A stretch of 61,380 nt of DNA, the filler included, from Gonapodya sp. JEL0774 (taxonomy: Eukaryota): assembly GCA_027604505.1 (NCBI GenBank). It is 15 parts of 15 records of this genome, joined end to end, with 100 filler letters (N's around TTAATTAATTAA, not from the genome) between each part and the next. Parts side by side here need not be neighbours in the genome. Positions count along the whole stretch, not along the records: positions 20,607 to 24,613 come from JADIIX010001074.1; positions 24,714 to 28,714 come from JADIIX010001075.1; positions 28,815 to 32,812 come from JADIIX010001076.1; 12 more parts are not named here. The stretch is one strand, 5' to 3'. Shown here piece by piece: positions 21,462-32,912 of this stretch (position 1 is its first letter; the number at the start of each line of letters is the position of its first letter). Made by a program: the position numbers and the translations under genes. The notes below the pieces were generated by a model, which saw only the letters and a list, made by a program, of their open reading frames with translations, was not told the origin of the DNA and made no database searches.

Positions 21462-24400
21462 TCAATTCTCCCGCTGGGAAGATCCCTCTGACTGGGATGG
21501 AGTCACTCTTTCCTCACGGTTCCTCCACATAAGAAATTCGTCAAACAACTTCAAAACTTCATCTCGACGAAGACTTGTTTTCCGATACTCTCCCCAGTCT
21601 TCGTCTTGCCCCCTCCCCTTGCTGTCCGTGGGTGGGAAGAATCCATCTCCAGTCGCAACACCAGCAACAATTGGAGTACCCGAGACCATTCTGTGTGCAC
21701 TACGACTGAACCCTTTCCCCGTCATCACAACCAAGTCCAAGGAGCCTGCTATGGGCATTGTAATAAATGAAACGGTCCCTGCTGCAAACCCCAGCATGAA
21801 ACCGCTGACACCTCCGTGCACAGCGCCTACGATGGGCTTCACAAGAATACCGGTGAGACCCTCGGCCATACTAAGAGCAAATGACTTTGATCCTTCAAGA
21901 AGTCCTGTGCCAACGCCGTACACTGGTGCAGACTTTTGAGGTGTTCTGCCCTCGAGAAGCAGCTGGCTGTTCTTCATGCCATCTGACATCTTCTCCATGA
22001 ACCTACCGGCACCTATTATATGGAGAGAGCATATAAATCATAAAGCCCAACGATCACAATGAAGCTCGAGAACAATTAAACGCACCTTTGAGAGGATAAT
22101 ACACCGTTCCACCAAGTCCCTTGCCAACCCCCTTCACCACCTCCCAAACCTTGCCACCGGCGGACGAAGTTTGACCAGCTTTGGTGAGACTGTTGCTGGT
22201 CTGCACGATAACATTGGTCACTGCCCGGGTCGCATCAACTGCGACACTCTTTGTTCCTCCAACAATTCCCGACTTGACAAGATAAGTGTGTGGTGTCATT
22301 TCGGCAACAATTACGGCAACGATCGCGGAGTCCTACTCACTACAAGATTAGTGGCAAATCCCTCCGTGTCCCAGTGAGTGTTAATGTATCGGTGTACTTT
22401 CTTCTTCTTCAACCTTCCTTCCTCGAGGAGAATTCGGAGAATAGCCGTGGAAAGCAAGATGTTTGCTTCTTCGCAGTACCACTCAGCGAGAAGGTTGCGG
22501 TCAATGTTGCAAATCTACCATCGAAAGACTGTCAAACACACCACAAACCAAAAAAGCAAAGGATTGGAATTAGTCCATACCATTTTCTCAAGTGGTAGGT
22601 GCTTATGGAAGCTTTCCACGCCCCTTCCGACTCCATCCTCCTTTCTCATCTCAACGCCTAGCAAAGCGGCCGCTTGAACTACTTGAGGCTGTAGACAAAA
22701 TTGGATGGCGCTTGCGAGATTATCAGCCGTGAGCGATTTGAAGAGGATCGGGGGTGGTCCAACACCCATTCGCGCAACCTGTTTAGATGTAATTAAGGAA
22801 CTTGTCGGAAAAGATAAAGTCGCATGCGGACTCAACATGCCATTGCTCCCCACTGCACATAACGCAAGGCGATCAGATGCAAGAAGTGCGGCGCCAACAA
22901 CGCCATCTGTACTCACGAATGGTTGATCTCCGAAAAACGGAATGATGGAAGTGGGACGACCGCACATTAAGCTATTCATGTGGTAGAGCACGGTGAATTT
23001 GAGAGAACGCACACGTGACGTGTTGTGTTGACTTACCCTGTTGCTGTCGTTCCCGCCCCACCATGGTGGATCACTGCTGCCACCTTCGTAAACAGCCAGT
23101 CATGCGGGCACGCACCTATCTAAAGTAGTTGGTGTGTTTTCTTGCTTCAAGTGACAAAAATGAAAGAGACCCACCATGTAAACGTTGTCAGGAACCGCGA
23201 GGTCGTTGCCACCAAGCCCACCCCAGCCTTTTGACACGAGAGCTCTCACTCCCGCTTTCTCCACAGCCTCAAATATCTTGGAAGTCAATTGGTCAGGGTC
23301 GTCCACCACGATTGATCCAAAACCGATGTACACAATGGGCTTGTCCGTGCCTGCCAGAAATGCTGTCAAGCTATCGGGAGGCTGATAATTTGTTTCTCCC
23401 GAGCCGGGGAGGAAGTAGAACCCAACAACATCTATGTGGGGTCCCCAATCGTCAGGCTTAGGTATGAGGTTGGGGCTCCACGTGTACGAATGCGGCACTT
23501 TCAGATTCTTGACGAGAAAAGGGGCCATGGATAGGGGAAGACCTCGCAAACCCAAATCCCTGTGACGAAACTCTGAAAAAGAAAGAGATCAGTAAATCAA
23601 AAGTAATCAGAGCGATGGTGGATCGCTGGTGAACTCGCACCATTGATGATGTCGCCGAGTCCTTCCCACGTCATGAGTTCCGTGACTTCATATGACAGAC
23701 GGTTCGTCAATGAACTGGGAGCGTTTGAATACTCAATATTGGCCTGCGACAAGGAGTTTCCGTGAGAAAACGAAAAGGAGTCTTCAGACTTCTCTGTGCG
23801 CAAGCTTACCAAGGGATGCGGGAAGGCAGAAGTGGATGACCTAGGGACAAGTGATCACGGTCACGATTAAAGCTCCAAATGCGCTGCAACATAAAGGCAA
23901 AATTCGTGCATACCATGGCATTGTGAAGAATATATGCAGAGGTATTCCCATCTTTTCTGCGATGTGGATGTGTCCAAACGTCACGGGATTTGAGATGATA
24001 ACATCGGCAGTGAAGGGAGGTACACCCGGTTCGGATTCAATGCAGGCCTTGTACATGGTTGAAAGGATCTCCCGCATTGACGAGCGTTTCCTGCCAATGT
24101 CCCCAGCGAGAATGGATTCGTAGCCGGGAAGGAGACCGGGGTCTGGACATGAAATGCAAAAACCGCAATGTGGCCTTTTTGGCTGGCGGCAACGAGAGAA
24201 ACTGCTGACCACGTCACTGACTCTTGACCATGTACGCCATCAACTCCGCGGGGTCACCAGCCAGGGGGTAAAACTCCAGCCCAGAATCCGTAACAAATTT
24301 CCGAAAAGTCTCGTGAGTGGCGAGACGAACCCTGTGTCCATGTGGATGTTTCGCGGAGGGTTGCTGGAGACGTTTTCCGAAAGCGATGAACGGCTGAACG

Positions 24401-24613
24401 TCTGGTGGTGCGCCGTCGTAAGACTTCAGTTGTGTTTTCATTGAACGATACCTTACCTCCGCGGCTTCCCACGATTGTGATGATGATATTCAACCTTGGC
24501 ACTGGAATTGGTTCTCTTGCCTTCATGAGACTCCGGAAGAACTTCGTTTGCGAGTCCTCCTTCATGGAGCTTTCTGGTGTGGCAGGTGTCGCAATCGATG
24601 AGGTTCCGTCCAT
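21462..24613 (-). CDS. Sterol 3-beta-glucosyltransferase (GT1) with C-terminal ATG2/VPS13-C-like helices
   Basis: [62 protein letters not shown] across many exons. Confidence 0.9.
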
Positions 24614-24713
24614 NNNNNNNNNNNNNNNNNNNNNNNNNNNNNNNNNNNNNNNNNNNNTTAATTAATTAANNNNNNNNNNNNNNNNNNNNNNNNNNNNNNN
24701 NNNNNNNNNNNNN

Positions 24714-27369
24714 TGGGCACTTCGGCGGTTCGATCCTCGGACGGACCATCTTCCGCCTCAAATTGAGGTTCATGCGTACGGCTCAGCGTCGAATGGTCTC
24801 GGGCACAAGCATTCGGACGTTGATGTGGCAGTCTTGGCGTATATACCTCCGGAGGACAGCCCTCCTGGCAATCCATCCGACGAAGACGATGGAGACAGCG
24901 CTCACAAGGATGAAGAGCGGCCCTTTTCCGTCGCTTCAAACTCAGCTGTGCCACGACTGTCTTCAGGAACAGAAGGTCCGTCACCCATGGGCATTTACGC
25001 ACTCAATGTCCTGTTCCGTCGAACCCCCTCCCTCGGCTTCACGGTCATTAACTGTGCTGCGTCTGCTCGAGTTCCAGTGCTCAAGTTGTTCGACTCACAT
25101 ACGAAGCTGCATTGCGACATTTGTATCAACAACGCGGTAACCGTGCACAACACCGCACTTATCAGGTGCTACACCCAGATAAGTCCCTTAGCACGAGATT
25201 TCTTGCTGTGGATTAAGGCATTCTCAAAGCTGAAAGCCATAAATTCATCTGCTGAATATGGCACCCCGAGCAGCTATTGTTGGACACTGATAGGAATCTG
25301 TTTCCTGATCGAGCAAGGTGTTGTTCCAAACTTACAGGATGTGGGATCGGACGCACAAAGGCGAATGGTAAGAACCAGGCGCGAGGTGCGTGTAAAACTG
25401 AAGAAGACCAATCCGAAGAAGAGCAACGCTGCGACAACCCCTCCGACTTTGGGAGATTCCACCAAGCCTCCACCGGAAGCTTCACAGTCAACGCCCACCG
25501 GGAACAGCACTCAAATCAATTCCAGCGGTAAAGAGTCCCCTCCGGCTGATACGAATTCCATCCGCGAAACACCTCCTGATATTTACACCTCATATGATTG
25601 CACCTTCATCGATCCTGTATGTCTCGACACACAGTCCACATTCGTCAGGTAGAAATAATTTTTTGTCGGCATTGATGCATTTTCGGTTCCCCACCTTCCT
25701 AGTCCTCGCTCCAACATCCTCCTCGACCTCGATGCTTGCTCTCGCTTACAACACTCTTCCTTCGATTCATCCCGTGGTTCCTTCGCAACGTGTTAACGTC
25801 CAACCTCGTATTCTCTATACGACTCGGTGGAGTTGTCTCACGGATGTTAGACGACCGGACTCCACGAGAGGTTGAATGGAGCGCCTGGAAGGGACTCTTG
25901 TGTGTGGAAGATCCTTTCATAAAGGCAAGAAATACTGCAGCAAGGTGGGTCTGCTTTGTGGGATTCCCCGCAAGTGCTCCTTGATGATGCATCTCACTCG
26001 GCGTCTGTCACGGGATCCATCCATTGGTAACGACTCAATTTTCAGCTGTACTCTTGAGTCCCTCAACGTACTTTTGTCGGAATTTGTTTGCGCTATCAAG
26101 ATTCTGTACCCAACCATCCCATCCACACCCACCTGCACCGATGCTTCTTCCCCAGCCCACGCCAACCAACCGACACTGCTACCCACAGTGTCCGCTTTAC
26201 GAGCGATCTCGCACCCCTATCCACCCCTTGCGCCAGGTCAGTTTGACCCACGGTTTGCCTTGATCGAAGCGGAGAAGGAGCGTATGAAGATGGAGCTGCG
26301 TGTGAAGAAGCAACAGGAGTCTCTGCGGAAGGAAAAAGAAAATCAGGCCAAGGAACGACTGGTGAAAGCTAAGCAGAAGAATTCGGGGAAGTTTGAAACC
26401 GAGATTGAAAGCGAGAGAACTCATAGAGCGGAAAACGGGAACGTGAGCGTGAACGTCAACGGTAAAGATGATTCGAACAGACTGCAAGCCGTTCTGTCGG
26501 GAATGCAGACCACGAGGGACATCGCAACAGCGACGAGAGGGAGAGACGATCAGTCCGGACCCCAATTGGTGAATCACACGAGAGGAAAGTCTATGCCAGG
26601 TCCAAAGCAACACAATTTGATTGCTGGCCGGCGGTCTTTATCGGTCGGGGTAAATGAACCGTACGAGTCGTCTACAATTATACAAACGAGGCAACCACGT
26701 CAATCTGCGACCAAATTCGTAGTCGCAAAAGAGACTATGCATGTTAAGTCTGCTGGGATACGTGTGCCGGAGATTTCTGGTGATGTTGTTCCATCTGGAA
26801 CACCTACAACCTCATCGGGTGTGGCATTGTCAAGCGGTACTAAAAAGAAGCCAAGAAATCGACACAGTGGGAAGGGAAACCGGGATGGTTGGCGGCCCAG
26901 TGGCATATCTGGCCACGGACAAGTGATGCCAACGGATAAAATCAATCCGGTGGGGGTAAACGTTGGAAGTGTAGGCGTTGGCTCTCATGCTGACATCAAG
27001 GTCAGGGTCGGAGGAGCAGAGCAAGGAGGGATCTCGCAGCAACAGAACCTGACCCTCACCAGCACAACGGTTCCTGTTACAGCGAACCTCAGTGTCCCCG
27101 AAACGGAACAGGGAGGACCTGGATTAGAAGCACCAAATTCCGGTGCTGCAGGCAAGTTGAGGCCCCACCAGGTCTCGTCCCATGCCGAAGCACCAGTGCC
27201 CCATGCTCCAAAACAGAAGAAGAAGCGAGTTGGTGTCTGCTTCAAGTGGCTTAAACGTGGCTCGTGTCCAGACGCGGAACACTGCCAATTTCGGCATCCG
27301 ACTGTCAGGTCGACAGACCGGTCACATCGAAGTGAGACACCTGTCCTTCACGACGTACAAACTGGATAA
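24714..27369 (+). CDS. Cid1/Cid13-family terminal nucleotidyltransferase with C-terminal CCCH zinc finger (5'-truncated)
   Basis: YGSASNGLGHKHSDVDV, ARVPVLK, CDICINN, SSYCW, VVPNLQ, LCVEDPF..RN; C-x8-C-x5-C-x3-H near 27238-27297. Confidence 0.85.
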
Positions 27370-27711
27370 ATCACATGTCGATTTGATGACTGTTGTGTAA
27401 AATCTATTTCATAATCAAATGATCAATAAATTTGATATAACCATCATTGCATGTTGCCACTGCAGTAGACTATCCAGCCGTATGTAGTGGTTTGGTGAAG
27501 CTGTTTTGTGGAGGGGGTCTGTATCTGCTACAAGTAACGAACTGAACTCCAGTAACGACTGTCACTACAACCCTTGACAGCGCTCCTACTCCCGGTGCTT
27601 GGCACCGCTCTGTTCGTCCATCCATTAGCGATGATCCCCCACATCGCTCAGCTGTTCAAAGAGAGGGTGCAGAAGAATCAACATGATGACAGACCCGGTT
27701 TTCTCTTGTCA

Positions 27712-28714
27712 ATGGACTCACACTCTTTGCTAGACCAGCTATGTGGAGCTGACGGATGGAGTGTTTTCTGGTCAGATATCGACTTCTCACGATGTTTCGA
27801 GGACTCGTGAGTGTGTCGGAAGCTAAAATCTAATGCTCAGGATCAACGCCCAGTTTGTTGAGATTCGCCAACCTCCGTTAACTCTCCCGCAAACAGAGTC
27901 ATCTTATTGGTGCCAAAGTTGTTTTTGATTGTTGTGGGATTCTGGAGGCTCAACCAACTTAGTGGACGCTATGAGTCGCTGAAATCGCCACTTTACTGGC
28001 AGAAGATGGTACGTTGCGTTTCGCATTCGCCGCCGTCCCATCCTTCCGTTTGTTGTGTATCTGTGACTTGCACCTCGTGTTTGCTCGGTCAAAACTGTAA
28101 AAACGACAGTGCACTTTAATGTGTCTGGCTCTCGTTGCCGTTGCGGACCTTATTCGCCAGCTGGTATCTCCTTCACCTCCTCCTCCTTACGCCTTCCTCT
28201 CTTCCATATCAACTTTAATTGCATTTCTTTTCGCGATTGCTTTGAACCACTATGAGCATCTGCGAAACCCCACCACATCAGCTGTCTTACTCCTCTCATA
28301 CCTCTTCTACCTTCTCGCGAGCATGGTTAAGCTTCGTTCTGTACTTATGCTTGAAGAGTACCATACCGATCCTTTGCGATTCTCCTTCTTTGTATCCGAA
28401 ATGGGACTTACCTTCGTGGCATTCTGCTTGGAAAATCTTTCCAAGACGTCATACTGGTACATCTCACTCGACACTGAGCCGAACGCAAGTCTAGAGGAGA
28501 CCGCCTCAATTTGGTCGATATTAATCTTCGGGTGGATGTCTCCGCTAATGGCGCTCGGTTCTCGGAAAGTTCTTTCTGAGGGTGACCTACCAAATCTCAG
28601 GCCAGTTGATCGTGCCACCAACATATCAGACGCTTTTCATCAGGCGTGGGATGAAGAGCGAAGAAAACCCTTTCCCTCGTTTGTTCGCGCATGCAACACT
28701 GCTTTCGGGGCGCC
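27712..28714 (+). CDS. ABCC (Ycf1/MRP-like) transporter, N-terminal TMD0/L0 region
   Basis: LCGADGW..DFSRCFED; EETASIWSILIFGWMSPLM.LG..K.L...DLPNL. Confidence 0.85.
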
Positions 28715-28814
28715 NNNNNNNNNNNNNNNNNNNNNNNNNNNNNNNNNNNNNNNNNNNNTTAATTAATTAANNNNNNNNNNNNNNNNNNNNNNNNNNNNNN
28801 NNNNNNNNNNNNNN

Positions 28815-29328
28815 ACAAAACTCGGCGGCTCCTACCACTCCTCACTCGCCTATCCCACGACAAGGAGCTGTGGACTCTTGGTCAGCGCATCTTGAGCTCT
28901 ATGGACACGCTCTTCCCACCAGAGGTTCTCAGCACCATTCGTCCGAGTCTCGTACACGGCGACTTGTGGTCTGGAAATCACGGTGTCTTGGCGGGAGGTG
29001 AACCTGTACTGTACGATCCAGCCGCGTGCTATGCGCACAGTGAGTATGAGCTCGGAATGATGAGAATGTTTGGGAGTGTTTCGGCAGGTGAGGAGCCCCC
29101 CGACTTCCACATCTGTCAGTGGAAGGACCAACCATCTGTCCTCCAGATTTTTTGGCCGCGTATCACGCACACATACCCATCCAAAACCCATTCCACTCCA
29201 CACGAGTCCGACTGTACGAGCTGTATCACCACCTCAACCATTACGTTCTCTTTGGTCGGAGTTACAGGAGTGGGTGCATGGCAATCGCCAGAGAGGTGGC
29301 TGTAGTAGCGGAGCGTGGGTCGGATTGA
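28815..29328 (+). CDS. Fructosamine/ketosamine-3-kinase, C-terminal part
   Basis: PSLVHGDLWSGN, YDPA.YAHSEYELG, R.RLYELYHHLNHY.LFG.SY; intron ~29088-29145. Confidence 0.92.
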
Positions 29329-29605
29329 GTGCTTTGGAGAAGTCAGACGTGAACGTCAGGCGTGAACGTCCGGAGCCTGAACTTTGTAATTTCACTCGGT
29401 CTGGCATCACTTGTCTTGGAGGGTAGGTCATGCGCTTAGCTGTAGAGTAATTTTTCTTGAGGGGGACATTCATAAGTAGCAATGGCCTCATTGACTTCTA
29501 CATATATCATATTATGCAAATTATCAAAATAATCCTAAATCAATTCATCTCTCTACACGAAGCAAGGTCACCCAGCTCTCCCAACTACCTAAAGTATTGC
29601 CCTCG

Positions 29606-31512
29606 CTAATACTTTGGTGGCGTCACTTTTGCCTCCGAAGATGGGTCTTCTCCAGTCACTGTGGTGACGTAAGTCGGAGGCTGCTCACTGGGTGACACGA
29701 GCACAGGCAACGCTGGTATGCCTGGCCCTGTGCTCCACCCTCTTGCCTCTGCTTCAGTCCACCAGTCAGGGTTTGCTGGCTTGTACCTGAACGGTCCAAC
29801 AAAGTCCACCTTAAGCGTACATCCACTGTCGCTCCCGACGGCACCGTGCACTGTTTTCTCGCCCCACACGACACTATAGCACCCATCGTTCGGGACGTGC
29901 GTGCCGTCCCAACCAACCGTCGGTGTCCCTGTTCCACTGGGAATGAGTGCCCCGTTGCGGGTGAAAAACGTCGCGCCGGTCGCTGGATAGTAGCCGACAC
30001 CGATAACATCGCCCGGACCATAAGCTGGGCCAAATGGACGTCCACCAAACGGATCGGAAACAAAGAGTCGGCCGTCGTCGGAATGGTATGCGACCGAGTG
30101 AGCTGGATGTACAACCAAATATTCGAATGTTACGACACAGAATAAAAGAATTTCAAAGAGTAATTGAGTACACGTACGGTGCCAACCAGGAAGGCGGAAT
30201 GGAGGATAGGGTGACGTTGATAATCCAACTGCTATGACTGGTAGCCCTCCTCGTTGAACAGCTGTGACAGTGATGACTGTCACCTCGAAGTAGAAGAATG
30301 GTGTACGTGCTTGCTGCAGGAGCGCGCGGCATTATGGGTTTGGTGCCTTCCGGCGGTTACTTCGCAGAACCAAACACTCACATTGATGTCCACAAGGTAC
30401 CATAGAGGCAGGTCCGTTAAAACGCTGATGTCTGTGTCCCCGCCAGTCCAGGAATGAGGCGGGGAAAACACGATCACCGATTTACCAACAGCCTCGTCTG
30501 TGACACCGATTCGAGCAGCAGCCTCAGTGCCCATGAGGGGTGCAAACCTCCAGGCTGCGCCTTGACCATGCAATCTCGATTTGTCTGCGATAGTCGCGAC
30601 GAGGTGACCCGGAACAGGTCCTCGACCTGTGTCGGGCGTGATGCCTTGAGCCTCCATCCAAATTTTGCCTCGCTTGTATCCGTCGTTGCTCGCATTTTGG
30701 TACGAAGCTTCAGTGGACCCGGGTGCCGGGCCCATCATCTCCTCAAGTGTTTTTGGTGCATCTTTGGATATTAGAGCTTGACTGTTTGCCGCCAGTTGGC
30801 GGCGGGCTGTACGCTTTCGATGATAGTTCCCCAATACGCAACAGAGGATGAGAAGTAACACGATCGCTAGAGAGGCGGAGGAGTAAGGTAAGTAGTGAGA
30901 TTCAGCTATTAAGCAAATTGTTTTCTGGAAGTTGTTATACAAACATGCGACAATCACTCCGATGGCCCATCCCGGAAGGCCGCCACCTCCCGATCCGCTG
31001 TTGTAGGCAGTTCCGCTTCCGACCACAACAACACCTCCAACGGGTACAATGACGGCGCCGCCCGACGTTGATCCTAACAAGCATGAAATGGGAGGTCTTT
31101 GAGAACCAAGTAAAAGTCCCACTTTGGAGAGCGGTTTCGGTGGTGCTCACCAGTGCTTCCGCTACTCCCTCCACCACCTTGGATTGAATAAAGGGAAGTT
31201 ATCGGTTGTCATGATGCTAGCTTGAGGACACACCGAATCGGAGCGACGTGTCGTCGCTGTACAAACACTCACCACCACCACTGGAACTCCCACCTCCACC
31301 GCCTCCACCGCTACTACCGCTCCCTGTCGGGAGTCAACAGTGTTATGTGTAAGACGAACTCGTTTCCTTCAAATAATAGGCGAGGAGAACGAGATCGCAT
31401 CGTACGAACCACCCTTTGCTCCACCCCCTTTCGCGACGGCCTGGTCTACACAAGCGAGCGCAAAAAGCGCGACGGGAACGAGAGAAGCGACTTTATGTCT
31501 ATTTCGGTTCAT
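29606..31512 (-). CDS. Ssh4/Ear1-like single-pass SPRY-domain protein
   Basis: Signal peptide MNRNRHKVASLVPVALFALAC, Gly-rich micro-exons, TM helix, SPRY (PFRLPGWH, SVAYHSDDG, GDVIGVGY, FFTRNG), C-terminal PPTY and PPKY. Confidence 0.85.
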
Positions 31513-31863
31513 CCGATGCGGAATGCGTTTATTGTTGGCGATTTCTATACTGCGATCTCTTTTTCATTATTCGCGTTGCCTCCTTGGGCGGTGCTGAGGT
31601 GAGGGTCATCGTTTGCTTGGTGAACCCAACACCAGTCTTAACATGGAGTGAGTCAACCGGAACGAATAACGCGTTGACGTGGATTATCTCTCACATTGCG
31701 AGTTTTCGAGCGGACGTGCCCCAGTTGATCCAAGCTTTTTCTGTTCAAGATTGCCGTTAATTCATAAGCGCAAAGTGCGTGTTCCATTGATTGACGTGTA
31801 CAATATAATCCAGAATGAAGTTTTCTATGACTTTCAAGACTGTCCTGGCCTGTTAGCCCAAGA

Positions 31864-32740
31864 TCATATTACGTTCTCATACTTTCCCAGAACCGTGTCC
31901 GGATCCACCGAATGCCACTCCGTACTCTCCGAATCCTCTTGCAATGACCGATATCTCAAGAAAAATAGTCCCTCTTGTCTCCGTACGTAGACGGAACCGG
32001 TCGGAGGGACGATGAACGAGTGTCGGGTCAAGAAGTGCGGGAGGAGTTTGAAGGAACTGGGCTGGAGATGTGGTGAGAGAACGAAAAGTCGAGATGACAC
32101 AGAATGCAAAATAGTTTTGCGCGCACCGTAAAGTTTCTCACGCCACGTGAGCGGGGCTGGCCGCCAGGAAGGACAATCGATAGTGTGGGTACCAGGTGTC
32201 GTCGGGATTGGGGCGAGAGCGTAACCATCTTACAGTATCAACGATACCACGCAATGCTCAGCATTTCTCATCATAGTCTTTTGCCCGGAAACAAAAACTT
32301 CGTTCCGGACATCAGCTTGGGTCACGTACATAACTCGTTACGGCCAAACGCATCCTGCGCGAAGACTTGAAAGGACAGTTTTGGCCATCCTACAATAGAT
32401 TTTGTGGTATAGTGAATGTCTGAGTGTTGAGGACGCGGAATGGGCACTGGTTATAGGCTGTACAGACTTCGATCTGGGAAGGTGAACAGCACCAATTGGA
32501 TGGTCCCAAACAGTCAATCGCGGATCCTGAACAACAAGAAACAGAGTTTTACATTCACTGAATGCTTCAACATCAAAATATCCTCACCTCGGAGGGCACA
32601 TCGACGTGCGTTTGACCACATTCATCCCCTTCCACGATGCGCCAATCTGCCCCAGTAACAGCTGTCCACCTGCAACAAAGTGACGAAGACGGAAATCCAG
32701 ATGCTCCCAATATGGTTCCGATGAGGTGAAGTTCAGCCAT
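31864..32740 (-). CDS. B9D2: B9 domain-containing protein 2 (ciliary transition zone), complete, 5 exons
   Basis: MAELHLIGTILGASGFPSSSLCCRW..GQTHVD|..WDHPI|DIHYTTKSIVGWPKLSFQV..QDAFGRNEL|YGY..PTTPGTHTIDCPSWRP|..DRFRLRT...FGEYGV. Confidence 0.93.
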
Positions 32741-32912
32741 TTTAGCATCCGCCGCTGAACGCTGAACTGGGTCCTGCGCAGCTGATGTGCTGAGCGCTGT
32801 ACAACAAATCTGNNNNNNNNNNNNNNNNNNNNNNNNNNNNNNNNNNNNNNNNNNNNTTAATTAATTAANNNNNNNNNNNNNNNNNNNNNNNNNNNNNNNN
32901 NNNNNNNNNNNN

